From Nitrospirota bacterium (GTDB lineage Bacteria; Nitrospirota; UBA9217), in the NCBI GenBank assembly GCA_963754875.1, contig CAVWHO010000019.1:83328-147327 (forward strand): a DNA stretch of 64,000 bases. The letters are read 5' to 3'. The translations under genes were made by a program, and so were the position numbers. The notes below the pieces were generated by a model. The model was not told the DNA's origin. It did no database searches and saw only the letters and a program-made list of their open reading frames with translations. This document shows positions 59,935-64,000 of this stretch, in pieces (position 1 is the first letter of the stretch; each line of letters starts with the position of its first letter).

Positions 59935-61174
59935 TGAGCTATTGAACATGAGCAATGGTCTGGCGGATGCCGATGTGCAGAGAGGTCCGGAATTTTCCTT
60001 CCTTGTTGAGACGGGAATCCTGAGCCGGAGCTCGCTTGACGAGGCGACACTCGTCGCCAAGGCACGGGGGATCGATCTCGAGAAGCTGCTTCTCACGGAA
60101 TACGGCGTACCCAAGCACCAGTTGCTCGAAGCGCTGGCTGCATATTACAAATGCCCGTCCATTGAATATGACGAGCGTCTTCCCATCCCCTCCGAGCTTT
60201 TGACCGGGCTCAGCGCCGATGCGCTTTCGACAAACCAGTGGATGCCCGTGATCAAAGACTGGAGCGGAACCGTGGTTATCGCGGCAAGAAATCCAAAAAG
60301 TCCCGCAACGAGGGAAGATGTTAAAAAATACCTAACGGCCGATCGGTTCGAATTCCGGGTCACTCTCGATTCCGATATACAGTGGTTTATCCAGGACTAT
60401 CTTCATGCTAAGCCTGGACTGTTGATCGGCACGGAACGGACGGGCCTCGCCTACTGGCGCAATACCATGGCCCACTGGAGGACGCGGCTCGCCTGCTACC
60501 GTACCGACCTTGCGAGCGCCAGGACCGGACTTGCCTTCCTCAGATGGGGGTTGGGCACGATTGCGCTCTCCAATACCTTGCTCCAGACGAAAAACGCCAG
60601 CAATTCCCCTTATCTGTATTTCGCCGTACTGATTATTGGGGTTGTAATCGCTTTTTACGGTCTCCCCAAGTACCTTAACGTGCGGAAATCCCGCATGACG
60701 CCTCCGGGCCACCAGACGCTCGTGGAGGTAACTGCGGCAACCATTCAATTCCTCGAAAATTATCATCTTTTGGAAAACACGGGAATCAAGCGCCAAACGC
60801 AGGGCACGATGCTCAGCCGGATGGGAGATTTCCTTGCCGACCACAGCACCTATCTGTATCCGTCTCCGTCGAGCAAAGTACGCACCATGTTTGCGCGTGA
60901 ACGAAATGTTCTGGCGGCCCAGCGGACGATAGCCGCGTGTTACCGCACCATCTATGCACGTGCAAGGACAGGCCTGGCCTTCATCCGGACCGGAATATCC
61001 TTCCTGAGCATCGGCATCGGCATCATAAGCTATTTCGGGTTCGGCCTGCTGACGTCATTCAATCTCTGGCTCATTGCCGCAGGGCTTCTCATGGCGATAG
61101 ACGGGACGCTCTGGTACTGGCCCGTGCGGAAGGAACAGGCAGAGATCCCGAGAGGGATCGCTTATCCGGAGTGA
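59927..61174 (+). CDS. GspE/MshE-N-like domain plus two DUF202-like membrane modules
   Basis: Paralogous N-terminus (GVPKHQLLEALAAYY); two (RTxLAxx)6 + 2-TM modules; 8-nt overlap with the upstream gene. Confidence 0.85.
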   Translation: MNNELLNMSNGLADADVQRGPEFSFLVETGILSRSSLDEATLVAKARGIDLEKLLLTEYGVPKHQLLEALAAYYKCPSIEYDERLPIPSELLTGLSADALSTNQWMPVIKDWSGTVVIAARNPKSPATREDVKKYLTADRFEFRVTLDSDIQWFIQDYLHAKPGLLIGTERTGLAYWRNTMAHWRTRLACYRTDLASARTGLAFLRWGLGTIALSNTLLQTKNASNSPYLYFAVLIIGVVIAFYGLPKYLNVRKSRMTPPGHQTLVEVTAATIQFLENYHLLENTGIKRQTQGTMLSRMGDFLADHSTYLYPSPSSKVRTMFARERNVLAAQRTIAACYRTIYARARTGLAFIRTGISFLSIGIGIISYFGFGLLTSFNLWLIAAGLLMAIDGTLWYWPVRKEQAEIPRGIAYPE

Positions 61175-61217
61175 CCGGCGGGACACGAGTGGGCCGGCGG
61201 TATCGGAATCGGCGGTG

Positions 61218-61630
61218 TCACAGGTGAGGGAGCACTAATGCACATCCATTCATTCATATATTTCATACATTATGTCAGATATGCCAGACTGCTGGGCAAT
61301 ACGCGTTTCCTCGGTACGATGGTGCTTATGCTGTTGTTCAGCCAGTTCCAGCTTGTCATCGCCAAACCGGCGTCAGCCATGCTCACAACAAAGGCGAACC
61401 ATGACCATATCACCATTGACTTTTTCTATCACGGCAGCACGGTGAGCACGAACGGGGAGTATCGAACGGATCCGGCCCCCCCGGTTGCAATTGATAAAAA
61501 AACATATATGAGCGTTTTCTATCGGCTCAAGCCCGGGATCGTCATGGTCCCGCGGATGAACCGGACCCCGAAACCGAAAAGCGTGTACGGATTTTTGCAC
61601 GCGTGCGCCCGGCATCGGCCATTGCCGTGA
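61218..61630 (+). pseudogene. Truncated diverged duplicate of the tauE 3' end and TIGR02186-like 5' end
   Basis: MHIHSFI...AKPASAMLTTKANHDHITIDFFYHGSTVS matches the 55395 gene; similarity ends near 61459. Confidence 0.8.
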
Positions 61631-61685
61631 AGCGTGACACTTGAGTTATTTCTTTGGACGGGTTTATACTATTTTTAGAGAGGAG

Positions 61686-63212
61686 ATGTACACTGTTATG
61701 AAGAAGTTCTTGCAGTTTCCCCATCCGTTTTTTTCCGCACGCCCCACCTGGAAATGGTTCATTCTGATCAACGTCCTTATCGGCGCGACCATGTCGGCCC
61801 TGGACGTCAGCATTGTCAACGTTGCCATGCCGACCCTGAAAAGCGAGTTCAATGTTTCCATGTCCCTCATCGAATGGGTGGCGATGTCATATATGCTTAC
61901 GCTCACCATTTTTCTTCCCTTTTTCGGAAGACTCGCCGACATGTTCGGCAGATCGAGGCTGTATAACGCCGGTTTTGTTGTCTTTACCGTAGGGTCGCTG
62001 TTTTGCGGCATGTCAACGTCCGCAGTGATGCTTATTGCCGCGCGTGTCATTCAGGCGGTCGGCGCCGGGCTCCTGCAGGCCAATTCCGTTGCGCTGATCA
62101 CGCAGGCTTTCCCGGGGACCGAGCGGGGCAAGGCCATCGGTATCCAGGGCGCTGTCCAGGCCATTGCCATGGCCGTTGGTCCTTTCGTAGGAGGCGTGCT
62201 GATCGCTACGATCGGCTGGCGTTCAGTGTTCTACATCAATATTCCGATCGGCATTGTCGGCACGATCGCTGCCCTGTATATTCTGCCGCCCAATGAAAAA
62301 TCGGCGAAAAAGGAGTCAATCGACTACCTCGGCACGGTGTTTTTCGCTTCGGGTCTTGCATTTCTCGTCCTGGCGTTCAATGAAGTAGTCAATCTCGGAT
62401 GGGGTTCGAATACCATCATGGTTTACTTCCTGAATGCCAGTATCCTGCTCGGTTTGTTTGTGGTAACGGAACTCCGCGTCAAGCATCCGTTGATCGATTT
62501 GAAACTGTTCAAGAACAGCACCTTCCTCATCGGCAACCTGACCGGCATGATGTCCTATTATGTCCTTTTTGCCGTCCTGTTCCTGATGCCGTTTTACCTT
62601 GAGAAGGTGCTCAGCTACAGCCCTGCGCTTACCGGCAGCCTGCTTACCCCCATTCCTCTCGCCATGGCGCTTGTTGCGCCCTTCGCGGGCCATATTTCCG
62701 ACAAGTACGGTGCGAGGATCATGACGGCGAGCGGAATGTTAGTATCCGCGTTCGCCTGTTTTGCCCTCATGTTTTTGGGAGCGCAGGCACACTTGCCGCT
62801 GCTGATCGGTGAACTAATACTGCTGGGCATCGGCATGGGCATGTTCACTCCGCCGAACAACAGCGCGATCATGGGAGCCGCTCCCAGGGAAAAGCTCGGC
62901 CTGGCCGGTGGCGTTCTGAACATGATGAGGTCCCTCGGCCTGATCTTCGGCGTGGACATCTCCGGTTTGATCTTCACCAAACTAGAGCACAGATATCTTG
63001 CTGATAAGGGGTATGGGGATGTTAAACATATCTTTAGCAACAACGCCATCCCGCTTGGCATGAAAGACCACGCTTTTATGCGGGGCTTTATCGTGGTGAT
63101 GGGCGTGCTTCTGGTGCTGAACGTGGTCGCCGCCGTGCTTTCAACCGCTAAGAAAGAAACCAAAGTGGATGCCGAAGCAGCGGAGGCAGCCAAAGAATTT
63201 GCGGAGGTCTAG
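61686..63212 (+). CDS. MFS transporter, DHA2 (EmrB/QacA) family
   Basis: MSALDVSIVNVAMP, GRLADMFGR, WRSVFYINIPIG, PLIDLKLF. Confidence 0.94.
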   Translation: MYTVMKKFLQFPHPFFSARPTWKWFILINVLIGATMSALDVSIVNVAMPTLKSEFNVSMSLIEWVAMSYMLTLTIFLPFFGRLADMFGRSRLYNAGFVVFTVGSLFCGMSTSAVMLIAARVIQAVGAGLLQANSVALITQAFPGTERGKAIGIQGAVQAIAMAVGPFVGGVLIATIGWRSVFYINIPIGIVGTIAALYILPPNEKSAKKESIDYLGTVFFASGLAFLVLAFNEVVNLGWGSNTIMVYFLNASILLGLFVVTELRVKHPLIDLKLFKNSTFLIGNLTGMMSYYVLFAVLFLMPFYLEKVLSYSPALTGSLLTPIPLAMALVAPFAGHISDKYGARIMTASGMLVSAFACFALMFLGAQAHLPLLIGELILLGIGMGMFTPPNNSAIMGAAPREKLGLAGGVLNMMRSLGLIFGVDISGLIFTKLEHRYLADKGYGDVKHIFSNNAIPLGMKDHAFMRGFIVVMGVLLVLNVVAAVLSTAKKETKVDAEAAEAAKEFAEV

Positions 63213-63238
63213 TCGCTCAGTATATCTGGCATGGAGGA

Positions 63239-63275
63239 CCTGCCCCCGGAGGTAGAAACCCGGGGGCAGGCTTTT
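63239..63275 (+). terminator. Intrinsic terminator after the MFS gene
   Basis: CCTGCCCCCGG...CCGGGGGCAGG followed by CTTTT. Confidence 0.8.
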
Positions 63276-63348
63276 CGTGAGCTATACGACTGAATTGCAG
63301 CGTTCCAGAAACGACTTCTTTTTTCCCACGGAGCGTTTACCGTCTACC

Positions 63349-63876
63349 ATGAGATGCTCAACGGTACAGATTTCTGCGTCTTGTATCAGCCAACTTGAAG
63401 AGAGTAGGATCGCGGTTACCGTCCCAAAAGAGGATATCCGGCGGATCAAGCTGGCCTATGACTCACAAGCGCGCCATCCGTTCCTGCAGTTTCTCGTCGG
63501 CTTTGGCCTGGTCGCGGCTGGGTTGGTTTTACTTATTGCAGCGTTCATGATGATGGAAGTCGGTGCCCTCTTTTTTCATATAGCCTCCCATATCTTCGGC
63601 ATTCCCGTGGTCCCTATCGGCCTTTGGCTTATGGTCGGCGCCGGCCTTTGGCTCTTGATCGGAGTATTCCGGGGAAGATATAATTTGTTAATCAACACGG
63701 AACGAGGCATCCGCAAGATATTCTTTGGAGAGTCGACGGACATCAGAGATATTCTTCGCTTCGTCGGGAGAGCGAATCAGGAATTAGGATATGACATTGA
63801 CTTGTCCATTACAGAAACCATGTACATAAAAGATGTCCCTGCCGACCATCAAACAAACCTGAACTCGATACTTTAA
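63349..63876 (+). CDS. Hypothetical two-TM membrane protein
   Basis: Two long hydrophobic segments in the 63277-63876 ORF; start uncertain. Confidence 0.65.
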   Translation: MRCSTVQISASCISQLEESRIAVTVPKEDIRRIKLAYDSQARHPFLQFLVGFGLVAAGLVLLIAAFMMMEVGALFFHIASHIFGIPVVPIGLWLMVGAGLWLLIGVFRGRYNLLINTERGIRKIFFGESTDIRDILRFVGRANQELGYDIDLSITETMYIKDVPADHQTNLNSIL

Positions 63877-64000
63877 TTTGAAGTGTCCGGGGGACGCTCT
63901 CCATTCATCCCAGCCCTCTTCTTGTTCATGAAATTCTTTTTGTATTCTGCATAGACGAAATAAAACGCAACCCGTGAAACACGATGGGAGCTCCGCAAAC

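Noticed and set aside
58285..61174. Type II secretion or type IV pilus ATPases
   Set aside because: Only the N-terminal domain is similar; no Walker A/B motifs and no other T2SS/T4P genes
63960..64000. GCAACCCGTGAAACACG...GGGA...GCAAAC, reminiscent of a c-di-GMP-I riboswitch 5' half
   Set aside because: Truncated by the window edge, and spacing departs from the GCAAA/GAAA/GGGACGCAAA consensus
1..64000. CRISPR arrays, tRNA/rRNA genes, integrases, transposases, prophage
   Set aside because: No repeat-spacer periodicity, cloverleaf or recognisable mobile-element protein seen by eye

Overview
A roughly 54% GC bacterial chromosome segment, most likely from a sulfur-metabolising anaerobe (a Nitrospirota- or Desulfobacterota-like lineage is inferred from gene style and content, not proven). 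Layout: 0-16.6 kb housekeeping (rlpA, pepA, LysR, uvrB, uvrC, mglA-like, ispDF, cysE, OsmC). 17.4-29.8 kb an intact dissimilatory sulfite reductase cluster, dsrA-B-D-N-(Zn ribbon)-C-fdx-H-E-F-T-M-K-J-O-P-fdx, which combines the reductive marker dsrD with the usually oxidative dsrEFH. 29.9-40 kb nfeD/slipin, rsmD-coaD, DUF294 and TrmH. 40.3-52.6 kb a dense two-component signalling cluster with many +1 indels that look like sequencing errors. 53.9-57.7 kb a sigma54-type TauE/TIGR02186/USP operon. 57.8-63.9 kb tatA, a pair of overlapping membrane-protein genes and an MFS pump. The best candidate for an undescribed system is that gene pair (58285-61174). Both proteins carry a GspE/MshE-N-terminal-like domain, and together they supply five (3+2) DUF202-like hairpins, each led by six in-register RTxLAxx heptads. 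This suggests a heterodimer forming a pseudo-pentameric, Arg-lined anion or polyphosphate channel analogous to the pentameric membrane domain of the eukaryotic VTC complex. No rRNA, tRNA, CRISPR, integrase or transposase was seen. Family names come from motif recognition by eye; no database search was run.
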